Shown here piece by piece: positions 55,501 through 64,000 of a DNA stretch of 64,000 nucleotides. The stretch covers positions 17,112,001 to 17,176,000 of the forward strand of contig JAQFVV010000005.1 in assembly GCA_028023455.1 (NCBI GenBank), read 5' to 3'. The stretch comes from Epiperipatus broadwayi (Eukaryota; Animalia; Onychophora). The position numbers and the translations under genes are program-made. Each line of letters begins with the position of its first letter. The stretch's first letter is position 1. The notes under the pieces are model-generated. The model was not told the origin of the DNA. It worked only from the letters and a program-made list of their open reading frames with translations, and did not search any database.

Positions 55501-58500
55501 ATTTTTATACAGATATGCATCTGCATCCTAATGGTTTAAGAGGTTTCATTATTTTATAATTGCAGTTATCAAAGTTTAGAGCAATGATTTAGAATATTGG
55601 CAATCTACTATAATATTTGAGATTATAACTTGTATTGCTGTACATTAAATATTGTACTCTCCAACCCAGCATATTAAGACAATAATTAATAAGAAAAGAA
55701 TAGCTGTCTTTTTTTGTGCTTCATTTAACCAAAGTATTTTAGACAAACCTCTATATTAATAAATGAGCACAAGAAAAGTTGGTTGCTCTTTTCTTGTAAT
55801 TTATTATTATCTTATTTTGGGTTGGAGAGTATTTTACAATTTTTATTGTTATTGGTATGAGGTAATCTTGAATATTATATATATATGTTTATGATCTATT
55901 ACATAGTAACTCCATTAAATTGATCAAAGTTAAGTTTTTTTTTTTAGTAGGGAATAAGGAATCAATCCAAGAACTTTACCTCTTTAATTGCTCAGCTACC
56001 ACTACATATTAAGCATTTTAAGTGTTTTCACCTAATTGCAGAGATCTGAGGGCTGGGCAGCCATACTTTACTTTTAATATTAATCTTGCATAAATATATT
56101 CATGAATAAGAAGAATTGGGTAAATATATATAAATAGAGAAAAGTAACCAAACCATGATGTTACAGTTTTAACAAATAATTAGAATTACTAGCTACCAAA
56201 CTGTCCATGTGATACATAGCTTATTGATTGCATTTTATTAGATAGCAAAAGTCTGCAACTTTTATTTCAGTGTGTAAGCCATTTTATATAATAAATGTAG
56301 ATAACTATTTATTTTATGAGATTTTAAAGCTAACATTTTTCTCCCCATGAGAGTTGTAAATGTTTAAATTAGATATTTTCACGGATAACAAGATGAAATT
56401 ATAGAAATAAATTGGATAAATCTGTGGGTATTTTTAGAGGAAAACAAATTGGGATGCTATCTTGAACAAAGGCAATAAAAATTACTAGTTTCCAAGTTTG
56501 CCATGTAGTATATAACTTATTGATTGCGTTATTTTAAAATGCAAAAATCGGTCATTTTCTCACTGTGCACACTGTTTTATACACAGTATTTATAGGCACA
56601 GATTTATTCAATTTATTGCTAATGTTTTCATATATACATTGTCATCATCATCATTTTTAATCATTATTGATGAACGCCTCTTCAAGTTTAATCCAATTTC
56701 TGTAATCCTAGCCTTTTCTCCGCAACTCATCAGAAAACTTCTTTATTTCATCCATTCATCTCGTGTTCTCTGTTTAGATTTTTTAACATTCATTTGGGTT
56801 CAAATGTCCATCTCTTATCATCTCTTCTAATAGTATGTTCAATCCAGCTCCATTTTAATCTTTTCATTCTATCAATGATGTCAATGATACCTGTTTTTTC
56901 TCTTACCCATGTATTTTATTTCAATCTCTTAGTTATTCCTAACATACTTCTCCATGTTTCATTGAGTAGTCTGAAGTCTCTGTATTGTTCCGCTAATTGA
57001 TCAATTCATAAGTAAGAATTGGTAAAGTACATCCATTAAAAATCTTTTTCGAACACATAGGCATATTTCCTTTTAACATTAAGTTATGATTACCAAAAGC
57101 ACTCCATCCAAGTTTAATTTTATGATCATTTCTGTGTCTATTAATAATCTGACCAAAATATTTGTACCTATTAACTTTTCTAATTCATGACTATTAATAT
57201 TTATTCTGAAAAAAAATCATTAAACATTACTTTAGCTTTATATCAAAAACAGGTTTATTCAACTATGTATACAACATAAGAAAAAAAAATAGCAAAAACT
57301 CACTCCTCCAGAGAGGAATGTCCAACATTAACAAGATTCCATGTGGAATTCACCACAAAGTGAGGAGCTAACTTGAAATCTCTTTCTTTGATTTCTTTTA
57401 ATTTTTGTAGCTTTTTTATTATTTATCTTTAGTTCTATTTTTTTACTTTCATTTAATAACTCTTGTAATATTTTCTGATGCTCTCAAACATTATTTGCTA
57501 AAATAACTACATCATTTGCAACATTTACATGACTTAAATATTCTGATATACATGACTTATTTATTAGTTTATATGTCCTTATATTTTTTATCACTTTTAT
57601 TTTTGTTGCAGCCTAAATTTTAAAGAATACAAATTGAACAAATAAGTAAATAAATAGTGTTTTATTTTAGCTTTGGCTACTCTGAAGCCTCAAGCAGGTA
57701 TTGCTGTGGTACCACCTGGAATTCAGCAACCAGTAAGAAAAGTTTTTTAATTATTAATAGAATCCATAATGGTTTTGATTATTTTAAGATTGTTTATTGC
57801 TAAGTAAAATGTTACTTTGTAATATTTAAGTGATAGTTGATTGAAAGTACAAAATGAAAGCTATATTATCTTAATTGTAATTGAAATTACAATGTAAAGA
57901 ATATTCATCAAAATACAAAAAAATTATTGTTATCGGTGATTGCTAATAATATATTATATGATGTACAAATGTCAAATATATTTATGCGCCAGTAAGCTTT
58001 TTAAAATTTTATATATGCTTTTTTTATTTTTTAAGGATTCATCCAAAATGGATTATTATTGTGAGTGCAAAAGAATGAAAAATATTGCTATTTCATTTAG
58101 ATTAAAAATATTTGCTAACATTGCTTTTAAAAGATCGAGTATTATATGGAGGAAAGACATTATTATATATAATTGAGAAGCTTTAGAGAAAATCACAAAT
58201 GTCTGAGGCAGGCATTATCGGAATGTTGTGAAAGCTGTTAACATTCGTATTTTTAAAGGAGACCAAAAAAAAAAATTTTTTTTTTCATTAAATAATGATA
58301 ATAATTTATGATTTTCTAAGAAGCATTTCAGGATAGAGGTAAAAGAGAGAGACCTTTCAAAAAAAAGGGAAAAAAAAGATAATTTACATGCAAAATAATC
58401 TTAATAATTTTCAAAAAACTTAAATCTTTTAAAAATCAACCTTTGATGGAAGAAAAATCTTTATTATTTTTTAACTTGATATTTTGTTGGAAATGTAGTC

Positions 58501-60147
58501 TTGGATAATAAAGTACAACATAGTCATTTATGTGCTGCTATTGTATTTAACAAACTAAGAGATATATTATTTTAATGATATAATTACTTGTATATAGGAT
58601 CATTATTTTATAAAATTTATTGTATGGAAGTGAGACATGAATTCTTAATGACATAACATACAATTATACTTGAAAAATTTCATTCAAAAATGTTTCTTAA
58701 GATTATGGAAATATAATGACAAAGTCATCAATCTGTATGTTTTTCAGTTTATTGGGTGTTTTTCCATAGAGTTGATTACTGTGAATGTATAACTTGATTG
58801 GATTGAATATAAGAAATGAAAGAATAATAAGATTTCCTAAAAAATATGGTTTTCATGAGAGAAAGAGGTCCTAATCCTTATTATTATATAAATACCAAAA
58901 TTTGTTTGTTTGTTACTTAATAACTCAACAAATATTGCACCATCTTGCTTGATTTTATTTTATTTTTTTGGAGAATTATGTAGACTATGGATTTTTGCTT
59001 TATGGTATGGTATTTAAGTGTTTTAAAAACTTCGGTCATTTGCAATATAAAATTGAATAAAAATTGTAATGCAAAAAGAAAGCAGCACTCATTAAAAGAT
59101 TACAGTTGATGGAAAAAATTTTAAATGTGTACCAAGTATGTTATGATTTGCATATAAATAGAGAGAATTATAGTTTTTGATAGTTTGAGGTAAAATTTTA
59201 TTATGGAAAAATATTTTAAAGTAACTAAATTTTGTTTGGACCACATATCTAATTTCTCACTTGCAAGTGGGGTATGAAAAAAAGACCACAATGTTAAAAT
59301 TTTATAACCATTTCAAAACTTAGTTTATGAGAAATATATTTAAATATCCCAAAAGTTGATCAAATTCAGTAGTATAACTGATCATAAAAAGTTATATTTT
59401 TTATAATACTGCTGTTGACAATTCATGACTTATTATTTTTCAATTATCAATTCTATTGTATCTTTTTATTCTGTTAGTGCGAGTATCTCAAAGTCAGTAT
59501 TATTGATTGCATTCATTAGAGAAGATATATAAGTTCACAATAGGATGAAATTGAAAGTTCAAATTAGGTGAGATGTTTTATTGGGCTTTTTAAAAAGTAA
59601 TGTTCACTGTAGAAGTTAAAACATTTATAGGAAGATATCAAATAAACGGATTAAATAAATATCACGTGATCTATGCAGATATGTTTGATAGGTTGGTTTG
59701 TATATTCATTGCAAAATTCATCTTTAATCTTTTATACTTTGCATATATTTATCATTGTTTTTTCCTCTCTGGAGTTACGACAATTTTCATTTGTGGATGA
59801 CTTATAAATGATGATGATGATTGATATGACAAAAAAAGTCTTTTAGTGCTAGATAAGGCATGCTTAGTAGCAATAGGATTATTTAATGAATTATTATTTT
59901 TGGCAGAAATACTTCGAATTTAGCTTGATAAATAAGTAGCAGCAAATCTTGAAACTTCTTGTCCATTTTTCCATGAGCTTCAACATAAATAGATAAAGCA
60001 GATATTAAACTTAAACACTAATTTTACAACAAATTGTAAATACAATTCATGATTACAATATTAGCTGTATCTAGTTTATTGTTTAACTATTATTTGAATA
60101 TTAGTTACATATCCATTAAAATAAACTTTTATTTCATTTGTATATGT

Positions 60148-60186
<39 letters not shown>

Positions 60187-62801
60187 GATGTAACATTAGA
60201 TTATATAACAAAAATACTTGGGAAATATTAATTCAGAAATGTGTCTTAAGTTTTTCTTTTGAAAACAGTGAGAGAATATAGAAAAAAAAAGTGTCTTCTT
60301 TATTTGCATCACTTGAATTCTTTATTTTTCTACCTTTATTATGATGAGGATTTTTATAGTCATCCGATTAAAAGTGCAGGGTAAAAAAAGTAAAATCTTT
60401 TAATCTTTCTTGAACAAATAGTGAATTGTCTTCACTATCATAAACTTGGGGGAAAATGAGATAATTTTCATATTTATAGAAACAGGAAATTATTGTACTC
60501 CTGAAAAAATTTCTATTTATATAATCATTTGTCAATAGTCATATGTAATAGTAATCTTTTTGAAATGATTATGTCCCAATGTCATCTCTGAATCAGTTTT
60601 CATAATAGTATAGTTTAGCTATTCACCAGAAAAATTTTAAGTTGCTATTGCGTCTGGATCATGAGCTAGGGCATAATATGGTACTTTAACCTCCATTGAA
60701 ACATGCTAGCATTAGATTTTGTTTTAAATTGGGAAAAACTGCTACTGAGTCATGTGAAATGATTCATGTATATGACAGTGAAGCCATGAATTGCAAGAAT
60801 GTTTTCAAGTGGTTTGCAAGATTTTGTGTTGGCCATGAAAACATTGAAGGTGATCTATGAAGATATGGAATACACTGTCATATTGCATGTCATAACTCTT
60901 GATTCAGACATGCTAATAATCTTAAAATTTTTTTAAGTGCATGTGTCACAATGTAACACATGCATTGATTCAGACATGGTTTTACAGATAGATTGCAGAA
61001 AATCAACTTTTCACTAGGCTACAGTATGTATATACATATAATTATATTACATCTCATGGACAAATGTACAAAAAAGATTATTAATTTGGATGGACAACTG
61101 ACTAAAAAAAACAAAATCAATATATTTTATGTTTATATAAAGAATTTTAGATGACTTTAAAAACTATACCCTCTCTGTTCTATTTCTGTTCTTTTTAAGT
61201 ATTGTAAAATATTTTAGTTTTTTTTCTATCATCATCATCATCAACCATTATCAATCCACTGCAGGATGAAGGTCTCTCCAAGTTTAATCCATCTTTTCTG
61301 ATCTTTAGCTTCTCTTCTCCACATCACCCCTGCACATCCATCCATCTCACATGTGGTCTCTTTCTGGGTCTTTTACAATCTCTTGGAATCCAGTTTAAAA
61401 TTTCATTTGTTCATCTATTATCATCTCTTCTAGCAATATGTCCAGCCCAACTCCATTTCAATCTTTTAATTTTTTCAATAAGGTCAGTAACACCTGTTTG
61501 TTGTCTTACCCATACATTGCGTTTTCGATTTCTTCTTGTTACTCCCAACATACATCTCTCCATACTCCTTTGAGTGGTCTGAACTCTCTGTATTGCTCTT
61601 CTATTAAGTATCCAAGTCTCAGATCCATAAGTAAGAACTGGGAAAACACATTTGTTAAAAACCATCCTTTTCAAACACATAGGCATATTTCCTTTTAGTA
61701 TCAAGTTATTTCTACCAAAAGCACTCCAACCAAGTTTAATTCTATGATTAATTTCATCCATTATGTTTTCATCTGTATTAATAATCTGACAAAGGTATTT
61801 GTAGCTGTTAACTTCTTCTAATTCATCATAATCAATCTTTATTTTCATATTTTGAGCAAATCGATTAAACATTACTTTAGTCTTTTTAATATTTATCTTT
61901 AGTCCTACTTTTCTACTTTCATCTGATAATTCCTGCAACATATCCTGCAGCTCTGAAGCATTATTTGCAAAAATAACTACATCATCTGCGAAATCTAAAT
62001 GACTTAAATAATCTCCATTTACTTTCACTCCTTTAGATTCCCATTTTAATCCACAAAATACTTCTTGCAGCACTGCTGTAAAAAGTTTTGGAGATATGGA
62101 GTATTTTTTTTTTTTTATTAAGAGAGTTGATAGAGTTCAATTTCTTTTTAAATCAAATTGTAAATAGTGGAAAGAACTTTAAAAAAGACTATTGAACAGT
62201 TGAAACTGTTATCTATTTTTGGACGTATGGAATAATGAACTATTGTATTTGCATTGGATAAAATGCATAGAATAAGATAGTTATTTTTTGCGTATGTTTA
62301 AAAAATAAATAAGTAAACAACTAAAAAAAAAGAAATGAAACAGCTCTTTAATAATTAATCACTGTTTGCACACGTTACTATATTGATTATATTATTATCA
62401 TGATGAAAAGTTGTGATATTGTAAACTGATGACATTATTTTTTAAAAAAATGTTTTTTAAAAGAATTTTAATACTTATGGCATATGTCCTTTCTTTTCTT
62501 TTTTTGTAAGATCTTCAGTTTTTAGATCTTTAATCTGTATCTTATTTACTTTTTGTGTAGCATTATGCAGCAGAAGCGGGAGGTGTTGCTGAACACCCTG
62601 AGGAAGCTGGCATGACGGAAGATATTCTTCAAAAAGTAAATTATTTACCAATATATTTATTTTTTTGTCAAATATTAAATCTGTTTGTTTTAAACATGTG
62701 ATTGTTTCGTGTAAATTTTTTTTATAATTTTCTTATTTTTTTTTTTTTACTATTTTTAGTTACAAGAAAAGGCAACACTTCTTACGGCTGAACGTAAAAA
62801 G
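10498..62801 (+). CDS. Prp19: Pre-mRNA-processing factor 19 (U-box E3 ligase, NTC scaffold); 5' part, gene continues past the window
   Basis: join(10498..10516,35260..35409,39122..39198,45265..45322,54336..54419,57671..57732,62561..62635,62760..62801) = 567 nt, all introns GT-AG, frame open: [189 protein letters not shown]; recognised from the near-invariant Prp19 segment [39 protein letters not shown]. Confidence 0.97.
11240..11514 (-). mobile_element. Hammerhead element family 2, 275 bp, 13-bp TSD
   Basis: TSD AATCATCCAAGTA at 11227-11239 and 11515-11527; body homologous to 7918-8340 and 16459-16659. Confidence 0.85.
11350..11391 (-). ncRNA. Minimal hammerhead motif (family 2), antisense to Prp19
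   Basis: Minus strand TCCTCA-CTGACGA-AGGC(TACAA)GCCA-GAAA-CTAG-TC-TGGGGA. Confidence 0.7.
13542..16410 (-). mobile_element. Near full-length decayed RTE-clade LINE (APE + RT) nested in the Gypsy gag
   Basis: [25 protein letters not shown] (APE); [34 protein letters not shown] (RT); (TTGA)n 3' tail; imperfect TSD aaagcttctt / aaagtcattctt. Confidence 0.9.
16459..16659 (-). mobile_element. Hammerhead element family 2, 5'-truncated copy
   Basis: Homologous to 11240-11430; preceded by TGATTCCTGTAGA (16446-16458), which recurs at 19087-19099. Confidence 0.85.
16583..16624 (-). ncRNA. Minimal hammerhead motif (family 2), antisense to Prp19
   Basis: Minus strand TCCTCA-CTGATGA-AGGC(CACAA)GCCA-GAAA-CTAA-TC-TGGGGA; cores intact, stem III palindrome broken by one change. 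Confidence 0.62.
16992..19082. mobile_element. ~2.1-kb solo-LTR-like element (copy 1)
   Basis: Starts TGTAACG; collinear reverse-complement homology with 51852-53774 over most of its length; far end imperfect. Confidence 0.7.
19087..19260 (+). repeat. 95-bp tandem duplication inside the Gypsy gag
   Basis: 19087-19165 identical to 19182-19260; a third partial unit at 16420-16458. Confidence 0.9.
21200..21700 (+). mobile_element. Decayed RTE 3' fragment
   Basis: FVRTIVMY..., [10 protein letters not shown]-like segments in RTE C-terminal order; many stops. Confidence 0.4.
23559..23727. mobile_element. Family-2 fragment closed into a hairpin
   Basis: agtaccaaattctccatacagtagtgccacc ... ggtggcactactatatatagagtttggtact; holds only the 3' half of the ribozyme (minus strand). 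Confidence 0.75.
25772..27020. mobile_element. 1.25-kb non-autonomous DNA transposon (MITE) with 46-bp TIRs
   Basis: TIRs 25772-25817 / 26975-27020 (41 of 46 identical); internal short direct and inverted repeats; no ORF. Confidence 0.8.
27190..27560 (-). mobile_element. Decayed Tc1-like transposase fragment
   Basis: Minus frame [42 protein letters not shown] resembles the Tc1 HTH/GRPR region, followed by DIIFS (first catalytic motif-like). Confidence 0.4.
28240..30460 (-). mobile_element. Decayed Gypsy gag-pol remnant (RT-RNase H)
   Basis: [79 protein letters not shown]; LTRs not located. Confidence 0.8.
35260..35409 (+). CDS. Prp19: Prp19 exon 2 (U-box), 150 nt
   Basis: tttgtcttttag|TTAGTCATGAAGTT...GATATCAAAA|gtaagt; [25 protein letters not shown]. 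Confidence 0.96.
35569..36913. mobile_element. CpG-richer LTR-like insertion in Prp19 intron 2
   Basis: Sharp composition change; candidate TATG/TATATG flanking repeat; motif GAGCTAGT shared with the 2-kb LTR family; no convincing ORF; ends uncertain. Confidence 0.4.
39122..39198 (+). CDS. Prp19: Prp19 exon 3, 77 nt
   Basis: ggtttag|TTCCGCC...GAATGG|gtatgc; [25 protein letters not shown]. Confidence 0.96.
40967..41407. mobile_element. Older family-2-like foldback with two core-mutated hammerheads
   Basis: Inverted arms 40967-41065 / 41309-41407; plus copy ATGATGA...GAGA-CTAG-TC-TGGGG, minus copy AGGATGA...GAAA-CTAG-TC-TGAG. Confidence 0.7.
42234..42500 (-). mobile_element. RTE LINE 3' end
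   Basis: (ATC)n tail and 3' sequence closely similar to 61228-61480. Confidence 0.85.
43385..43620 (+). mobile_element. Decayed RTE 3' fragment
   Basis: gatagaagagatgacaatagatggacaatcaaagtt ([10 protein letters not shown]) matches the RTE family at 61228-62100. Confidence 0.55.
45265..45322 (+). CDS. Prp19: Prp19 exon 4, 58 nt
   Basis: poly-T tract ttag|GATGCAGTTATG...AGGCAAG|gtaact; [19 protein letters not shown]. Confidence 0.96.
46891..47385 (+). repeat. Diverged ~310-bp partial tandem (pLTR-like) with a possible decayed hammerhead at ~47043-47080
   Basis: tatttaaacta.gaatct at 46891 and 47201; ctccataa.taaaag, ttag.actgtaaca and tt.aacagg in both units. Confidence 0.55.
50330..51060 (+). 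mobile_element. Decayed Penelope-like element: RT C-terminus/thumb + GIY-YIG endonuclease
   Basis: [29 protein letters not shown], then [21 protein letters not shown] at 50869 (GIY-YIG with CxxC typical of PLEs). Confidence 0.8.
51063..51494. mobile_element. Pseudo-LTR of the Penelope element with inverted, rearranged copy
   Basis: Arms 51113-~51230 / ~51358-51494; inner inverted pieces tttggaaatgagag/ctctcatttccaaa and gtgttaatcgatcac/gtgatcgattaacat. Confidence 0.75.
51577..53880 (+). repeat. 194-bp tandem repeat (2 units), second unit split by the solo LTR
   Basis: attaatatgg at 51577 and 51771; unit resumes at 53775 (gtatatgtattgatagtataag...gatgaataagaaaatgtataatgaatgtat). Confidence 0.75.
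51852..53774. mobile_element. 1923-bp solo LTR (copy 2, inverted relative to copy 1) with 4-bp TSD GTAT
   Basis: GTAT|TATAATG(=TGTAAyG decayed)...CCCGTTACA|GTAT; insertion splits the 194-bp repeat exactly. Confidence 0.8.
54336..54419 (+). CDS. Prp19: Prp19 exon 5, 84 nt
   Basis: tttcag|AGTTATCT...AGAGAAG|gtaatt; [28 protein letters not shown]. Confidence 0.96.
54666..55067 (+). mobile_element. LINE 3' fragment with C-terminal CCHC-like motif, inserted in the 54609-55110 element
   Basis: [23 protein letters not shown] (ORF 54696-54890). Confidence 0.5.
55655..55831. repeat. Foldback/MITE-like imperfect hairpin
   Basis: tactctccaaccca...tgtgcttcattta vs taaatgagcaca...tgggttggagagta; ~72-bp arms. 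Confidence 0.7.
56642..57545 (-). mobile_element. Decayed RTE LINE 3' part (related to 61228-62100), with an internal ~130-bp insert
   Basis: (ATC)n tail; [21 protein letters not shown]; [17 protein letters not shown]. Confidence 0.8.
57671..57732 (+). CDS. Prp19: Prp19 exon 6, 62 nt
   Basis: ttttag|CTTTGGCT...CAACCA|gtaaga; [21 protein letters not shown]. Confidence 0.93.
60148..60186. repeat. Compound (TG)n(TA)n microsatellite
   Basis: Direct reading. Confidence 0.9.
60357..61140 (+). mobile_element. Internally deleted mariner element
   Basis: 60702-60860 [34 protein letters not shown] matches the mariner N-terminal HTH; DRLQK C-terminal motif near 60990; degenerate TIR tagtcatc/gatgact. 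Confidence 0.7.
61228..62100 (-). mobile_element. 5'-truncated RTE (BovB-like) LINE, RT C-terminal half
   Basis: ORF 61411-62073: [49 protein letters not shown]; (GAT)n tail. Confidence 0.92.
62561..62635 (+). CDS. Prp19: Prp19 exon 7, 75 nt
   Basis: ttttgtgtag|CATTATGCA...CAAAAA|gtaaat; [25 protein letters not shown]; only the 62561 acceptor keeps frame. Confidence 0.88.
62760..62801 (+). CDS. Prp19: Prp19 exon 8, 42 nt
   Basis: tttttag|TTACAAGAA...AAAAAG|gtaatt; [14 protein letters not shown]. Confidence 0.94.
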
Positions 62802-63392
62802 GTAATTATTAAGTTTTGAAGAACGATGCTTATGGATATGTGTGTGATATATAACTGATCCATGATAATCCAAGAAAAGATGTGCTAAAGACATAAAACT
62901 TTAGTTTGCATTTCATTGAATTATTGAAAATCTTTTTATATCTTTAAATGGCTCCTGTATTTGTAAGAGCTTTGTTCATCATGAATTCTATATGGTAATG
63001 GAAGAAAACATTATTAGAAAATATTATTCCTAATTATTAATTAGTTAAAGACTATATTCTGATTATTTCATGCTTTTAAATCTAATCAATCTTTGCTTTG
63101 GTATTAATTAATACATAAAGGGCTTGGGCATTACATTGGAGGAAATTGGCATTAAGTTCATAGATAGCTGATAATTAATATTTATTCTTTGAAACAATTG
63201 TATTAGAAGAACTGATTGACTAGTTTTTTAGTCAGTTTGCGTAGTTTATATATATAAGTTATTAACAAATTTATTGTCTGGATTATTTAAATTATTAGAT
63301 AATACTATTTTCAGTTTAGTAGTATGTGCATTTGGTTTATATGAATATATATATTATTTTAAGAAAATTAAAAATTTTATATTTAATACTTT

Positions 63393-63606
63393 AATAATAA
63401 TCAGAAAATAATAAATTCTTTACAACAGCTATATAAATATCAAAATTTTTTATACATCAAAAGCCTTTTTCACCACCTGATTTGGTGCCCTGTTGTTACA
63501 TTTGAAAAGGGCACCAAATCAGATGCTGAAAAAGGCTTTTAATTTATAAAAAAATTTGATATTTATATAGCTGTTGTAAAGAATTTATTATTTTCTGATT
63601 ATTATT
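63393..63606. repeat. Near-perfect ~100-bp-arm hairpin (16-nt loop) in Prp19 intron 8
   Basis: 63393-63491 is the reverse complement of 63508-63606 with few mismatches; same family as 8591-8700. Confidence 0.9.
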
Positions 63607-64000
63607 TTATGGGAGAACAGCATAAAAATATTTATTTTTTTCCAATGTAATACTTTGTAAACCATAAAAAAAGTGAGTTCCTGAGATAAAACTTACTAAA
63701 AATATTATTGTAGACAATATGACAAGTTTCTTTTTTATTTGTTTATTTTGTTGAGATCTATTGTTAACATAGTATTGGTGATGTAAATTTACTTTCTATT
63801 TCAATTTTTTGAAAGTTTAACAGTTTTATATTAGTATCAAATGTTTTAGGTGTTCTTAAACATTTTTTTATTGTATTAGAAAAATTGAGAAGTTTAATTA
63901 TCAAGTTTGATTATAGTTTTTGATACTGTCTTGAGTCACCTACACTAACTATTATAATAGGATTTTGTGTTTGTGCAAGCACCTTTCCAGCCTTTAGCTA

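Noticed and set aside
62399-62433. Box C (ATGATGA) ... box D (CTGA) snoRNA
   Set aside because: Only ~35 nt, with no terminal stem or guide region
1-64000. CRISPR arrays, rRNA or tRNA genes, prokaryotic systems
   Set aside because: No repeat-spacer array or recognisable structural RNA; eukaryotic intron/TE landscape

Overview
AT-rich, repeat-dense animal (probably arthropod) genomic DNA. The only host gene I can support is Prp19/PRPF19 on the + strand: 8 coding exons from the ATG at 10498 to 62801 (189 codons: U-box, coiled coil and linker; the WD40 exons lie beyond the window), with a 24.7-kb first intron. Most of the rest is decayed transposons: a Gypsy element with both LTRs and a 5-bp TSD carrying nested inserts, a second Gypsy pol remnant, two inverted copies of a ~2-kb solo LTR, several RTE and CR1-like LINEs, a Penelope-like RT/GIY-YIG remnant, Tc1/mariner remnants and foldback MITEs. 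The most striking signal is five minimal type-I hammerhead ribozyme motifs with intact catalytic cores, from three unrelated small non-coding retroelement families. One is a 398-nt monomer that starts almost exactly at the predicted cleavage site (retrozyme/circular-RNA signature). One family has 13-14-bp TSDs and repeatedly inserts as foldbacks. All five intact motifs point towards the Prp19 promoter, and sense-strand copies inside the gene are core-mutated. All alignments, folds and translations were done by eye; no database searches were run, and ribozyme activity is untested.
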